NCBI GenBank assembly: GCA_947474435.1
Contig: CANJII010000008.1
Span: forward strand, 139-64,138
Source of the DNA: Chitinophagaceae bacterium
GTDB taxonomy: Bacteria; Bacteroidota; Bacteroidia; Chitinophagales; UBA10324
Length of the DNA stretch: 64,000 nt
Direction of reading: 5' to 3'
Below the pieces are notes generated by a model. It searched no databases. It saw nothing but the letters and a program-made list of their open reading frames with translations, and was not told the origin of the DNA. This document shows, one piece after another, positions 29,061-39,094 of the stretch. The stretch's first letter is position 1, and every line of letters starts with the position of its first letter. Made by a program: the position numbers and the translations under genes.

Positions 29061-30122
29061 TTACTTCACCCAAATCAGTTTTCGAACTGTGGATTTGTTT
29101 GCGGCTTCAATATCTGCAATGTACATAGATGGGCTTAAATAGTATTTGCCAAGTGTGATGGTTTGAATACCTGAAACTACCGGAATCTTTTCTACTGTTC
29201 TTCCTAATAAATCATAAAGTATAAAGTAACCATCATCATTGCTGATAATTTGTATTGCTCCGTTGTTATCGGGACCATACATAATTGGTGCATCAGGAAC
29301 TGTTACCTCTACTCTTAAAGTATCATAACTCCAGAAACTACCGCAACCTGTATCTCTGATTGCAACTATGTAAATGGTGCTTTGCGCAGGGCAAACTTCT
29401 CCTGCATTTAATGTAGCTGAACTGAAAGCTGCCGGAATACTTTGCCAGTAAATACTATCATAACCTGCCGTTGCATTTGCATTAAGTGTAACACACTCTC
29501 CTTTTGTTATGCTGGTATCATTTGAAGTTGCAAGATGAATTTGATTGAAATTTGTACAATAGATTGGAGAAAGGTTATCTATTAAAACCGCAGAACCCAT
29601 CTCATCCATGCATTTAGCAACGAATGTTATAAAGTTAATATTAATTGGAGTATTAAATTCAATTTTGTATTTTATCCATTTAGTAGAATCTAAAACAGGT
29701 GATTCCCACAAGAGGTAATAGGCATCGCAACTATCTATTCCTCCATAAATCTGCACTATGCCTTCCTGCCTATTTGAAACAATCTTCCTTAAACTTCTTA
29801 AATCAGCATAAAATAAATAATTATTGTTCTGAGTTAAATGACAATTTAAAAATTGACCAAATGCTTCATAATAACCGCCCACATTTATAGGGGTAGATAT
29901 AATACCCATGTATAAACTTGCATCTGAAGGTGGTGGAAATGGGGAATGGTAATAGTTATTATCCGGTGAGTTTTTACAAACATCCCACCCAGGTGGGACG
30001 CATTGATTACATGGCGCTATATTTTCAAACGAAGGATTATTAAAAAGAATTTGGGAGTAGCAAGTGCTACTCCCAAATGTTAAGATTAAAAAAAGTAAAA
30101 AGAAAATTACTTTGTTTGTCAT
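29061..30122 (-). CDS. T9SS cargo protein, unknown function
   Basis: 353 aa. Signal peptide MTNKVIFFLLFLILTFGSSTCYSQ. CTD-like end ..YILYDLLGRTVEKIPV...MYIADIEAANKSTVRKLIWVK. ATGA overlap with the upstream gene. Confidence 0.6.
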   Translation of the reverse strand: MTNKVIFFLLFLILTFGSSTCYSQILFNNPSFENIAPCNQCVPPGWDVCKNSPDNNYYHSPFPPPSDASLYMGIISTPINVGGYYEAFGQFLNCHLTQNNNYLFYADLRSLRKIVSNRQEGIVQIYGGIDSCDAYYLLWESPVLDSTKWIKYKIEFNTPININFITFVAKCMDEMGSAVLIDNLSPIYCTNFNQIHLATSNDTSITKGECVTLNANATAGYDSIYWQSIPAAFSSATLNAGEVCPAQSTIYIVAIRDTGCGSFWSYDTLRVEVTVPDAPIMYGPDNNGAIQIISNDDGYFILYDLLGRTVEKIPVVSGIQTITLGKYYLSPSMYIADIEAANKSTVRKLIWVK

Positions 30123-33100
30123 TTAGCAATTACAAGCTTTCCGCTATTTGTAATGTGATTATTGCTTGTAAATTTATAAAAATAAAATCCAGGAGCCTCA
30201 TCAAAATGCAGTAAAGCACTTCCTGCATTCAATTTTTCCTCCAACATTATTCTGCCCGTTAAGTCATAAATTAAAAGCGAACCACTTTCTGTGGTTATTA
30301 TCTGAATTTGTTTTTCATCGCCAATGAGTGTTGGTCGTAAAGCGAATGCCAGTGATTCTTTTTCCTCATTTTCTAACCGCACATAACCTGTGCTGACAAT
30401 GCAGTTTTCGTCAAATGTTACATCCACGCTGTCAATCAAAATGGCATATAATCCCCGCGCAATAAATACAGCCGGACCTCCTACTGAAGGACACAATGAT
30501 GCAATTGCTCGCACTGTATCAAGATAAATAGAGTCGGGTTTAAACAAACCATTGCCATAAGTTTCGTTGATGATGAGCACAAGCGTTTTCAGGTTCTGGT
30601 CGTGCCAGTTTTCAGCATCTGCTTCCATCAGCTCATCATAAAAATGCTGTACCAGCGAGGTATCCTTATTTTTAATGCTATCGAGTGTCATCAGTATTTT
30701 TGAATAGGGTTTAATAGAACAGCTATCGTAAAAATGCTGCAGCACTGCAGAAGAATCTCTGTACGATGGATTTGCCATTAAGAAAGAAATGATATTTTCT
30801 TTATTCCAGAGTTTCATGCTGGTGGTATCGCCACTGAAGCTTATTGAATCCTGCACTAATTTTTCCATCATCCGGTAATTAATGGCAGGCGGAGCACTGC
30901 CGCAACTCATGTAAGAACTATAGACTGCATTTGCTACAACAGGTAAGTATGTTCCATCAATTCCAGTATTTGCATTCCCCGCAATAAATGATGCGGGATG
31001 TAACAGTGCAGAAAAAGAAGTGGGCTTTAAATAGAACGGAATATTAGTTCCATCAGTAAAATCATAAGTTTTGGTATGCGCAGGGAAAGTGCCTGTCCAC
31101 CGGTTATCGAAAGTGTAAACAAAGTTTCCGGCAGCAAAACCCTGCGGCCCTGCATAGCCATTGTCGTAAAACGCAAAACCCACGCTGTCATTTTTCAATC
31201 CATTAGTAATGTATTCAGCCGGGTAGCAGGAGCCTCGCGCTGCTATTCCCCAGTTGCAATCAATGACAGAGTCGCATATTAGCAGCGGGCTGGGGCTGTA
31301 TTGCAGGTCAATTCCATAAATTCCTTTTTCAAAAAATGGTCCGCCTGTTATGTTTCCATCAATGGTATTGTATCTGATTAAACTTTCTACTGACCAAAGC
31401 ATCCTGATGCCGAATATTTCTGGTTTTAAATTATTCATCGTTGCCGGATAAAGACGAATGATGTTGTGATCAATTAAAGCATAAGCTGTTCCTGCACAGA
31501 AAATTCCGTTAAAGGCATTGTCAATATGGTTATTGGTGATGCGGTAATTAGCGGGCGTTTGTGTGCCAGTCCAATCAAATTCGAAGATGTTAATGCCACG
31601 GAATAGGTTCGGAGTTCCTGATACATATAAATCCATTATATTGTCATATATCGACACATCACTTCCAAAATTTAAAGCTGTGCCAATGCTTGAACCTCTC
31701 ACATGATAAAAATAATTTTGATTGATTTTTATAACCGTTGATTTAACATCGTTTACTACTGTAATTCCATCTTTCCTTATGGCAGTGAAATCGTTATCAA
31801 AAATTCTCAACAAGTGCTGGCCTTCTACTTTTACACCTGATTTCATTGCATCAAATTCATTGGGCGCGGCAAGTCCCTGAATATCGTAACCTATGTCGAG
31901 GGTTTGCATGTCAATAACATTGGTAAAACAAATTCCATAACCCAATGCCGGCGACCACATATTGGTAAATCGGTTATTGCCAATGTATGCAGATGAATTG
32001 ATTCCGATAATTCCAGATTCAGATTTTTGAAACAGATTTTGAGTAAAAGTATTTGGGTCGCCACCGATGCCGATATTTATTGATTTGTCGAGTGTAATTC
32101 CTGCATGTGGTAAGGCGGTACTTGCATAAGGAAGCAGCAACCCAGAATATTTTTCGAAGGTGGTTCCGTAAACGCGGAGCACATTGTCGCCATTAATAAT
32201 TTCGATTCCAACATAATTATCTCTAAAAAAAGAACTGCTTGATTCAACATTTCCGCCACCAATTGAATGAATGGCAGCAATTGCATCACGAATGATTGAG
32301 CCATTTGAAACTAATACATTGGTAGATGGGTCTGTTGCATAAATACCTTTCCACATATTAATGCCATCGCAGGAATATAACCGGGAGTTGTTTATATTTA
32401 ATGTAGTTGATGGATCTAAAACAACCTCGGCATAAGGACCAAATGTTACATTGTTACACCCAATAAACGACAGGTCATTATCTATTTCAAAAGTTCCGTT
32501 AAATGCAATTTTCTGATTAACATTTGAAATGGTTCTTGTTCCTAAATTAACATAAGTGGCACCATAAATACTGTACATATAATTCAGAAAGTAAGTAGCA
32601 TCAGCACTATTGAATGTTAACGATTGCGATTGCACTATTGCTCCATCGCAGCAATCAAATACCTGCACAGGTGTTACAGCAGATGTACAGCCCAAACTGT
32701 TTACATAATAAACATTTACAACACCTGAAGCCGCACCACTAAGCAAAGTGGCAACACAACCAGGTGGGTAATTAACAATGCTGCTGATGCCCACATCGCC
32801 AGAAGCGGCATCCCAATGAAAATTTTCGCCAAGCGGATAACCTGAAAGCGTACCATAACCTAACCCACAAACTAAAAGCGGATTTGGTGCAACAATTGGT
32901 GCATCCGGTTGAGTTACAACATTCAAAACTGTTACAGGTGTTGTGTACTGTGCTCCGGCATTATTAGGTGTTACAGTTAAAATTACATTATAAATTCCTG
33001 CGGGCAGAGTTACATTATTCCATGTTGAGTTTGTGCTTGTATGTTGGTAATCAGGATTAGTGCCCGTTACAGGATTATCAATTTCCCAATGATAAGTATA

Positions 33101-33946
33101 ACCTACTCCGGCAACCGAACAGGTTAGCTGCGAACTGAAATTAAATTGATTGCAATTGTGTTGTGTGTATGTAAAATCAGCTAACAAATCAACGACATCA
33201 AATGTTTGAGTATAAGCTGCATCACCGCATTGCCTGTCAATCTGAAAGGAAACAGTATAAGTTCCTGTCGTTGAGATTGAATTTCCAGAAAGATTAAATG
33301 ATTGATTTGTATTTGTAGCAATAATATTTGAATTCGGATCTGTTACAGTCCAATAAAAAGTATGTAAATTTGGATTCAATCCGGTACTAATGTTTACTAC
33401 ATCATCATAGCAAACAGGATTAGGTTGAATATTTATTAATGGGTCTGTTATTGTTCCTCCGATTACATGTATCGTATATTCGATATAAGCGAGGCATTGA
33501 TTGTTTTGATTGTACAAAGTGTAAAAAATGGTGTACACTCCTGGTGTAGCATATTCAAAAAAATAAATATCGTGATGTGGTGCAGGTGTATTAGCATAAT
33601 AGCTTGGATAATTCGCATCATAATAAAAAGGGTTATCAAAAAATTGTCCTTGATTATTCCAGGTATCCGGATTGCCATTTATTGCATTTACTTCTACATA
33701 AAAATCTCCTGCAGGATGGATATATGAAACATAAAAGGGCGAATTAACACATCCCCAAACTTCGCACTGTGAAGCAGGTTCAGTGCAATTATTATATTGT
33801 GCTGGGTATATCTTACATTTTTGACTCGTTGGAAAAGCGTCGGAATACATTGATACTTCAAGCGCCCATTCCTCTTGTGGGCTCTGCGCGTAAACAATAT
33901 TCTGTAATTGAATTAAGAAAATTGTAATTAGGAAAATCTGTTTCAT
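30119..33946 (-). CDS. Large secreted protein: N-terminal PKD/Ig-like modules, central right-handed beta-helix-like repeats, T9SS CTD
   Basis: 1275 aa. Signal peptide MKQIFLITIFLIQLQNIVYAQ. Repeated N.I.N/DN-type turns (ITNNHIDNAFNGIFC, IDHNIIRL, IYDNIMD). The CTD reads LLIYDLTGRIM...GFYFYKFTSNNHITNSGKLVIAK. Confidence 0.7.
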   Translation of the reverse strand: MKQIFLITIFLIQLQNIVYAQSPQEEWALEVSMYSDAFPTSQKCKIYPAQYNNCTEPASQCEVWGCVNSPFYVSYIHPAGDFYVEVNAINGNPDTWNNQGQFFDNPFYYDANYPSYYANTPAPHHDIYFFEYATPGVYTIFYTLYNQNNQCLAYIEYTIHVIGGTITDPLINIQPNPVCYDDVVNISTGLNPNLHTFYWTVTDPNSNIIATNTNQSFNLSGNSISTTGTYTVSFQIDRQCGDAAYTQTFDVVDLLADFTYTQHNCNQFNFSSQLTCSVAGVGYTYHWEIDNPVTGTNPDYQHTSTNSTWNNVTLPAGIYNVILTVTPNNAGAQYTTPVTVLNVVTQPDAPIVAPNPLLVCGLGYGTLSGYPLGENFHWDAASGDVGISSIVNYPPGCVATLLSGAASGVVNVYYVNSLGCTSAVTPVQVFDCCDGAIVQSQSLTFNSADATYFLNYMYSIYGATYVNLGTRTISNVNQKIAFNGTFEIDNDLSFIGCNNVTFGPYAEVVLDPSTTLNINNSRLYSCDGINMWKGIYATDPSTNVLVSNGSIIRDAIAAIHSIGGGNVESSSSFFRDNYVGIEIINGDNVLRVYGTTFEKYSGLLLPYASTALPHAGITLDKSINIGIGGDPNTFTQNLFQKSESGIIGINSSAYIGNNRFTNMWSPALGYGICFTNVIDMQTLDIGYDIQGLAAPNEFDAMKSGVKVEGQHLLRIFDNDFTAIRKDGITVVNDVKSTVIKINQNYFYHVRGSSIGTALNFGSDVSIYDNIMDLYVSGTPNLFRGINIFEFDWTGTQTPANYRITNNHIDNAFNGIFCAGTAYALIDHNIIRLYPATMNNLKPEIFGIRMLWSVESLIRYNTIDGNITGGPFFEKGIYGIDLQYSPSPLLICDSVIDCNWGIAARGSCYPAEYITNGLKNDSVGFAFYDNGYAGPQGFAAGNFVYTFDNRWTGTFPAHTKTYDFTDGTNIPFYLKPTSFSALLHPASFIAGNANTGIDGTYLPVVANAVYSSYMSCGSAPPAINYRMMEKLVQDSISFSGDTTSMKLWNKENIISFLMANPSYRDSSAVLQHFYDSCSIKPYSKILMTLDSIKNKDTSLVQHFYDELMEADAENWHDQNLKTLVLIINETYGNGLFKPDSIYLDTVRAIASLCPSVGGPAVFIARGLYAILIDSVDVTFDENCIVSTGYVRLENEEKESLAFALRPTLIGDEKQIQIITTESGSLLIYDLTGRIMLEEKLNAGSALLHFDEAPGFYFYKFTSNNHITNSGKLVIAK

Positions 33947-33984
33947 AGTATTTTATTTTAGTTTGGGTTTAAAATTTATTTCTT

Positions 33985-34036
33985 TTTAAAAAAACTGCCG
34001 CGACAAAAAACATTTTCATCGCGGCAATTTTTTTTA
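33985..34036 (-). terminator. Rho-independent (bidirectional-shaped) terminator after the 138-aa ORF
   Basis: TGCCGCGA-N15-TCGCGGCA flanked by an A-run (plus strand 33984-33994) and a T-run (34028-34036). Confidence 0.7.
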
Positions 34037-34062
34037 CTCTTTCATTTTTTATTTTTAGTTAA

Positions 34063-34479
34063 TTAACTTGTTGGTGGTTTCGGTGTTTTGCCTTTCGGTG
34101 CAAATGAGCCAACCACTACTTTATATCCGTAGCCGCTCATGGCTTCTTCGTTTCCTTTGTAAGCGTTTTGCAGTTTTTCAGCAATGTCAATCAGCTTATA
34201 AATGCCAGTGCCGGGGGTGGTGCTGGTTTGCCCTTTGTCAACTCCTAATTTTTGTCGTGCCTCCTGATTTTTTTGCTGCGCCAGTGCTTCGGCATCTTTT
34301 GCCGCCTGCCTAATAGGTTTCACAGCAACAGCAGTTGCTTTCAGGTCATTCACTACCGCATCGGTCAGTTTGCTGTCAACACCAAGTGTGGTGTGTTGCA
34401 GTATAATTTCATCCATTAGAGTCAGGATGTCGTCGGGGTTTTTGCGTGGAATTTCCACGCGAACAGTTTTGCGTGCCAT
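34063..34479 (-). CDS. Hypothetical protein (138 aa, predicted helical, Lys/Pro-rich tail); no family recognised
   Basis: Clean ATG-to-TAA ORF with its own terminator. MARKTVRVEIPRKNPDDILTLMDEIILQH...KGKTPKPPTS. Confidence 0.55.
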   Translation of the reverse strand: MARKTVRVEIPRKNPDDILTLMDEIILQHTTLGVDSKLTDAVVNDLKATAVAVKPIRQAAKDAEALAQQKNQEARQKLGVDKGQTSTTPGTGIYKLIDIAEKLQNAYKGNEEAMSGYGYKVVVGSFAPKGKTPKPPTS

Positions 34480-34550
34480 GGGTTTAATTTGGGTTTTTGG
34501 TTTGAAGTATGATTTTTATTAAAAAATGAAAGAATTCAGAAATTTCTCTT

Positions 34551-34613
34551 GAAGGAGTGAGCTCATAAGTTGAGGGAGTGAGGCTGATATATGAAGGAGT
34601 GAGCCTGTATGTA
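34551..34613. repeat. Three in-phase 21-bp tandem repeats (core GARGGAGTGAG; CTCACTCCYTC on the minus strand)
   Basis: GAAGGAGTGAGCTCATAAGTT / GAGGGAGTGAGGCTGATATAT / GAAGGAGTGAGCCTGTATGTA, starting at 34551, 34572 and 34593. Confidence 0.9.
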
Positions 34614-34872
34614 GATAAGGTAATAACACTCCTTGTAGTAATGAACCTGTAAGCAGAGGGTTTGTGTCTGTAACTAAAACTTTTGGTCCCATTACCATAA
34701 GGTGTGGGATGATAAGCAGCACTTACCGCCATACAAGCTGAAGGAATGGAATGACTCTTTAAAGGAGTGCGAACAGATGCTGAAAAGTTGAACATGCAGG
34801 TGTTTGGTTGGTGCTGAATATTTCAGCAACACAAGATTAAATACACCGGTTATTGAAAGTCAATACGAAGAC

Positions 34873-34889
34873 TGCCAATAATTTTGGCA
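34873..34889. promoter_or_regulatory. Perfect palindrome TGCCAA-N5-TTGGCA (candidate operator)
   Basis: Seen directly, 59 nt downstream of the response-regulator stop in the 468-bp spacer. Confidence 0.35.
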
Positions 34890-34947
34890 CTTGTACTAAT
34901 GATTTTTAAATGAAAATAATTATAATAAAACAGACTGCGATAAAAAA

Positions 34948-35619
34948 CTATAGACGGTCAAGTGTAATAATGTGATAGCGAACAGCAAATGAAATCAGTT
35001 CTGCAATATTTTTTGTTTGTGTTTTTTGGTGTATGGTTTTGCGGTAAACATCCACGGAGTCTTTGCTTCTGTGAACCTCTTTTGCAATTTCGTTACTTGT
35101 TAATCCTTTGCACATCATTTTCATTACATCAGTTTCAGATTCAGTTAACTGAAATTTTTCGCGCATTTTTTTCAATACATCTTCCTCCGAATCATAAATA
35201 AATTTTTCCACTACCTCGTCATTAAAATATTTTCCGCCCGCCAATATTTTATGTATCGAGTTTTTTACTTCCGTATCACTGATTGCACCTTTAACAATGT
35301 AACCATCGCATCCGGCCAGAAACATGTTTCGCATCACAGCAGTTTGGTCAAACAGGCTGAGTGCAATTATTTTTACGGTATTCTTTTGTTCACGCAGTTT
35401 TTTAGTTGCAGTTAGTCCATCCATAGGCCGCATGGTGATGTCCATAAATATCAAATCAATTTTTTCTGTTTCCATAATATTCAATACCTCATTGCCATTG
35501 TAGGCATCATATATTTTTCCGATTTCCGGAATTTTTTCAAATACCATTTTCATTCCGAGGTGAATCAACTGGTGGTCATCAGCCACCATTACATTTATTT
35601 TTTCTTCCGGTGAATTCAT
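34948..35619 (-). CDS. Response regulator, NarL/FixJ (LuxR HTH) family; no cognate kinase in the window
   Basis: Trimmed to the ATG at 35619 (MNSPEEKINVMVADDH). Receiver residues DD, the phospho-acceptor D in LIFMDITMRPMDG, S in IALS and K in IVKG. LuxR HTH LTESETDVMKMMCKGLTSNEIAKEV. Confidence 0.9.
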   Translation of the reverse strand: MNSPEEKINVMVADDHQLIHLGMKMVFEKIPEIGKIYDAYNGNEVLNIMETEKIDLIFMDITMRPMDGLTATKKLREQKNTVKIIALSLFDQTAVMRNMFLAGCDGYIVKGAISDTEVKNSIHKILAGGKYFNDEVVEKFIYDSEEDVLKKMREKFQLTESETDVMKMMCKGLTSNEIAKEVHRSKDSVDVYRKTIHQKTQTKNIAELISFAVRYHIITLDRL

Positions 35620-35690
35620 AAAAAATATTTTTAGTGCATTGAATGTAACCACCAAAAACAAAATGGGAAATGTTTTATCTCATAACAATG

Positions 35691-35728
35691 TAAAAAAATA
35701 TTTAAAAAGAAACCTGTGCCAGTTTCTT
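35691..35728 (-). terminator. Probable terminator after ispD
   Basis: On the minus strand, AAGAAAC-N8-GTTTCTT (35707-35728) is followed by a T-rich tract. Confidence 0.5.
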
Positions 35729-35748
35729 GTTCGAACAAAAACTTTTTT

Positions 35749-36483
35749 TTATTTCCTATTCTTCATCACAATTTCTGCAAACAATAAATCTTCAGGTGTT
35801 GTGATTTTTATATTAGTTGATTCACCTTCAATCAAATTCAGTTTAAATCCTGCGGCTTCATATACTGAAGCATCGTCAGTAAAACTTTCCTGATAATTTT
35901 TTTGATATGCTTTTTTAATTGCTGATAATTGAAAACACTGCGGAGTTTGTGCTAACCGATAGTTATTTCTGTTCACACTTTTATATTCACTGCCGTTGTT
36001 GGTCGCCTGACCAGCAACTTCGTTTGGCATAGATTCTATCTGTGGTGAAAGTTCATAAACCGAATCTTTCAACGCAACTGCTGCAACGGCACTTCCTTTC
36101 AATGTTGTTTCTATAAAACACTTTTCAATTAAAGCTGAAGTTGCTAATGGTCTTGCGGCATCGTGTATAGAAACTATTCCATCTTCAGGCAAAACACTCA
36201 ACGCATTTTTTACCGATTGAAATCTTGTTGCTCCTCCTTCAACCGTTTCAATTGAATCAGGCAAAGCATATTTCATTTTAAGTTCATTGAAATAAAGTTT
36301 CCATTCCGCAGCAACAGGAACAATTATTTTTTCAATTCCATCAACAGCTAAAAACAATTGCAGCGTGTGAACGATAACCGGAATTTCATTCAGCAATAAA
36401 AACTGCTTGGGTAAGTTGGCCTGCATGCGCGAACCACTTCCGCCTGCCGGAATAATTACAAAGCGCTTTTGTGTTGCGCTCAT
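35749..36483 (-). CDS. ispD: 2-C-methyl-D-erythritol 4-phosphate cytidylyltransferase
   Basis: 244 aa. IIPAGGSGSRM, VHDAARP and the overall IspD layout. Confidence 0.9.
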   Translation of the reverse strand: MSATQKRFVIIPAGGSGSRMQANLPKQFLLLNEIPVIVHTLQLFLAVDGIEKIIVPVAAEWKLYFNELKMKYALPDSIETVEGGATRFQSVKNALSVLPEDGIVSIHDAARPLATSALIEKCFIETTLKGSAVAAVALKDSVYELSPQIESMPNEVAGQATNNGSEYKSVNRNNYRLAQTPQCFQLSAIKKAYQKNYQESFTDDASVYEAAGFKLNLIEGESTNIKITTPEDLLFAEIVMKNRK

Positions 36484-36495
36484 AAATTCAATAAA

Positions 36496-37545
36496 TTACA
36501 TAATGAGCATTGCATCTCCGTAAGTAGCGAAACGATATTTTTCTTTCACCGCTAACTTGTATGCATCCATAATCAAATCGTATCCGCCAAAAGCACAAGC
36601 CATAATCAATAGACTTGTTTTTTCTAAATGAAAATTGGTGAGCAAACTATCAGCAACATTAAAATCATAAGGTGGGTGAACAAAAATATTGGTCCATCCT
36701 TCCTGTGGTTTCACATGCTTGCCGGCGCTTACACAACTTTCCAATACACGCATGGTGGTAGTACCGATTGAGCAGATGCGCTTCTTTTCATCAATGGCAT
36801 GATTCACAATATTTGATGCCTCAGCATTCATGCTGAAAAATTCAGCATCCATTTTATGTTTCGATAAATCTTCTACTTCTATCTGACGGAAAGTTCCGAG
36901 ACCGGTATGCAAAGTCACTTCAGCTAAATGAACACCAACAATTTCCAGACGCTTCAACATCTCGCGACTGAAGTGCAAACCGGATGATGGCGCGGCAACT
37001 GCTCCTTCAATTTTTGCAAAAGTGGTTTGGTAACGCTCCTTGTCCATTTCATCAGGCTTGCGCTTAATGTATTTTGGAATCGGAGTTTCACCCAATGAAT
37101 ATAAAGTTTCGCGCAGTTCATCATCAGTACCATCGAACAAAAAGCGGATTGTTCTTCCACGGCTTGTAGTATTATCAACCACTTCAGCTACCAATGAACT
37201 ATCAGCTCCAAAATATAATTTATTTCCTACTCTGATTTTGCGGGCAGGGTCAACCAACACATCCCATAGGCGCATTTGCTTGTTCAGTTCGCGCATCAGA
37301 AACACTTCAATCTTTGCACCTGTTTTTTCTTTGCGGCCATACATGCGCGCCGGAAAAACTTTGGTGTTGTTCAGTACAAACACATCTCCTTCTCCGAAAA
37401 TGGTTAGTAAATCCTTGATTTTTTTGTGTTTGATTTTTCCGGTTTTTCTTTCAATCACCATCAGCTTGGCATCTTCACGATTTTTAGCGGGTGTTTGAGC
37501 AATAAGATTTGCGGGAATGTCGAAACGGAATTGTGAAAGTTTCAT
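36496..37545 (-). CDS. queA: S-adenosylmethionine:tRNA ribosyltransferase-isomerase
   Basis: 349 aa. [16 protein letters not shown]...[16 protein letters not shown] and GTT..R.LES. Confidence 0.95.
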   Translation of the reverse strand: MKLSQFRFDIPANLIAQTPAKNREDAKLMVIERKTGKIKHKKIKDLLTIFGEGDVFVLNNTKVFPARMYGRKEKTGAKIEVFLMRELNKQMRLWDVLVDPARKIRVGNKLYFGADSSLVAEVVDNTTSRGRTIRFLFDGTDDELRETLYSLGETPIPKYIKRKPDEMDKERYQTTFAKIEGAVAAPSSGLHFSREMLKRLEIVGVHLAEVTLHTGLGTFRQIEVEDLSKHKMDAEFFSMNAEASNIVNHAIDEKKRICSIGTTTMRVLESCVSAGKHVKPQEGWTNIFVHPPYDFNVADSLLTNFHLEKTSLLIMACAFGGYDLIMDAYKLAVKEKYRFATYGDAMLIM

Positions 37546-37717
37546 AATGTAAAAAGTTACGGCTTTTTATTTTTGAGCGCGCAAATATAACGGCTTCTTT
37601 GGCTTATGGATTATTTATTTTATTTCGGTCAAATTCAAAGTAAACCATCAAATAACACATCCAATTTCAAATCTCATATTTTGATTCAAATTGGAATGCA
37701 TTAGGTTTGAACCCTCT

Positions 37718-38968
37718 ATGTTAATCCTCCGCATATTTTCTGAAAGTTTTGCTTCGGCCGTACACGAATTATTGGTGAACCGGCTGCGAACTTTTCTCAC
37801 ACTGATGGGCATTTCGATTGGTATTTTTTGTGTCATCACTATTTTTTCGGCAGTGGATTCGCTCGAGAATAATTTGAAAACAAGCATTGATAAATTCGGT
37901 AACGATGTGATTTATGTAAGCAAGTGGCCCTGGAGTTTCGGTAGCGATTATCCGTGGTGGGAATACTGGAAGCGGCCACATGCCACTTACAATGAAATGC
38001 GTGCGATGGAAGATAAAATTCCTTCAGCAAAAGCAGTTGGAATAGTGCTTTTCATGGGAGGCAAAGTTATTAAGCAAGGAAGTTACAGTGTGGAGAATGC
38101 ATTTATCAGTGGGGTATCATATAACTATGATTTAATTCAGAATCTTGAATTTGGCGAAGGACGCTTTTTTACACAGGAAGAATCATTTTCGGGGTTACCG
38201 GTTTGCATCATTGGCGCTAAAGTCAGTGAACAATTATTTCCCGGAAATATTAACCCGATGGGAAGAGAAATTTCATTGTTAGAACGAAAGCTGAGAATAG
38301 TCGGGCTCTTTGCCAAAGAAGGCGAAAGCATTATGCAAAACAGCAACGACAACGCAGTAATGATTCCGTATAATTTTTTAAAAACAAGAGTTTATGTTGA
38401 TGGCGATGAAATAGAACCCAGCATATTGGTAAAAGCAAATCCAGGCGTGAGTTTAGGCGAATTAAAAGATGAAATTAAAGGTGTGTTGCGAAGCATCAGA
38501 AGACAGCGACCAACCGAGAAAGATAATTTTGCCATGAACCAGATCAGCTTTTTAAGTAACGGAATCAGCTCGTTGTTTTCAGTGGTTGATTGGGTTGGTT
38601 TAATTATTGGTGGATTTGCAATATTGGTTGGTGGATTCGGTATAGCAAACATCATGTTCGTATCAGTTCGCGAGCGAACTAATATTATCGGTATAAAAAA
38701 AGCATTGGGCGCTAAGAGTTATTTTATCCTTCTTGAGTTTTTAGTTGAATCAATTATTCTGTCAGTAATAGGAGGGCTGCTCGGTTTATTTTTTGTTTAC
38801 CTCATATTGTTGGGTGCAAATAAGATTATTGATTTCCAGTTTGTGCTGAGTATGAAAAATATAATTATCGGAGTTAGCATTTCTGCAGTGATAGGTTTAA
38901 TTGCAGGATTGATTCCAGCAATATCCGCATCACGATTGCATCCGGTGGATGCTATAAGGTTTAAGTAA
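37718..38968 (+). CDS. ABC transporter permease (FtsX/MacB type)
   Basis: The track ORF starts at the TTG at 37691; the first ATG at 37718 is preferred. N-terminal TM, a large periplasmic domain, and a C-terminal FtsX module (IGIKKALGA...). Confidence 0.85.
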   Translation: MLILRIFSESFASAVHELLVNRLRTFLTLMGISIGIFCVITIFSAVDSLENNLKTSIDKFGNDVIYVSKWPWSFGSDYPWWEYWKRPHATYNEMRAMEDKIPSAKAVGIVLFMGGKVIKQGSYSVENAFISGVSYNYDLIQNLEFGEGRFFTQEESFSGLPVCIIGAKVSEQLFPGNINPMGREISLLERKLRIVGLFAKEGESIMQNSNDNAVMIPYNFLKTRVYVDGDEIEPSILVKANPGVSLGELKDEIKGVLRSIRRQRPTEKDNFAMNQISFLSNGISSLFSVVDWVGLIIGGFAILVGGFGIANIMFVSVRERTNIIGIKKALGAKSYFILLEFLVESIILSVIGGLLGLFFVYLILLGANKIIDFQFVLSMKNIIIGVSISAVIGLIAGLIPAISASRLHPVDAIRFK

Positions 38969-39094
38969 TCAGAAATTAAAATTAATTTTTAATACAGATT
39001 GAAAATCATTGTCAATTTGTTTTGATGTAATTTTTCATCAACCTATTTACATTTATCTTGGATAGAAATAATTTCTTTCAAACAAAAAACAACT

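Noticed and set aside
34063-34479. Compositional (GC-rich) island around the 138-aa ORF suggesting horizontal transfer
   Set aside because: A hand count of one 100-nt sample from this gene gave GC similar to a sample from a housekeeping gene here (queA). It only contrasts with the AT-rich T9SS cargo gene next door, so there is no convincing island.
34484-34795. 103-aa ORF on the minus strand ending 4 nt before the 138-aa gene, with LTPS heptad repeats
   Set aside because: The sequence is low-complexity and rich in S, T, P and Y. The heptads are simply the translation of the 21-bp DNA repeats. There is no signal peptide or recognisable domain. It is treated as non-coding but remains an alternative under the spacer finding.
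34881-34900. TGGCAC resembling the -24 element of a sigma-54 promoter
   Set aside because: The required TTGC(A/T) -12 element is absent at the N5 spacing (sequence TGGCACTTGTACTAA). The TGGCA is better explained as half of the TGCCAA/TTGGCA palindrome.
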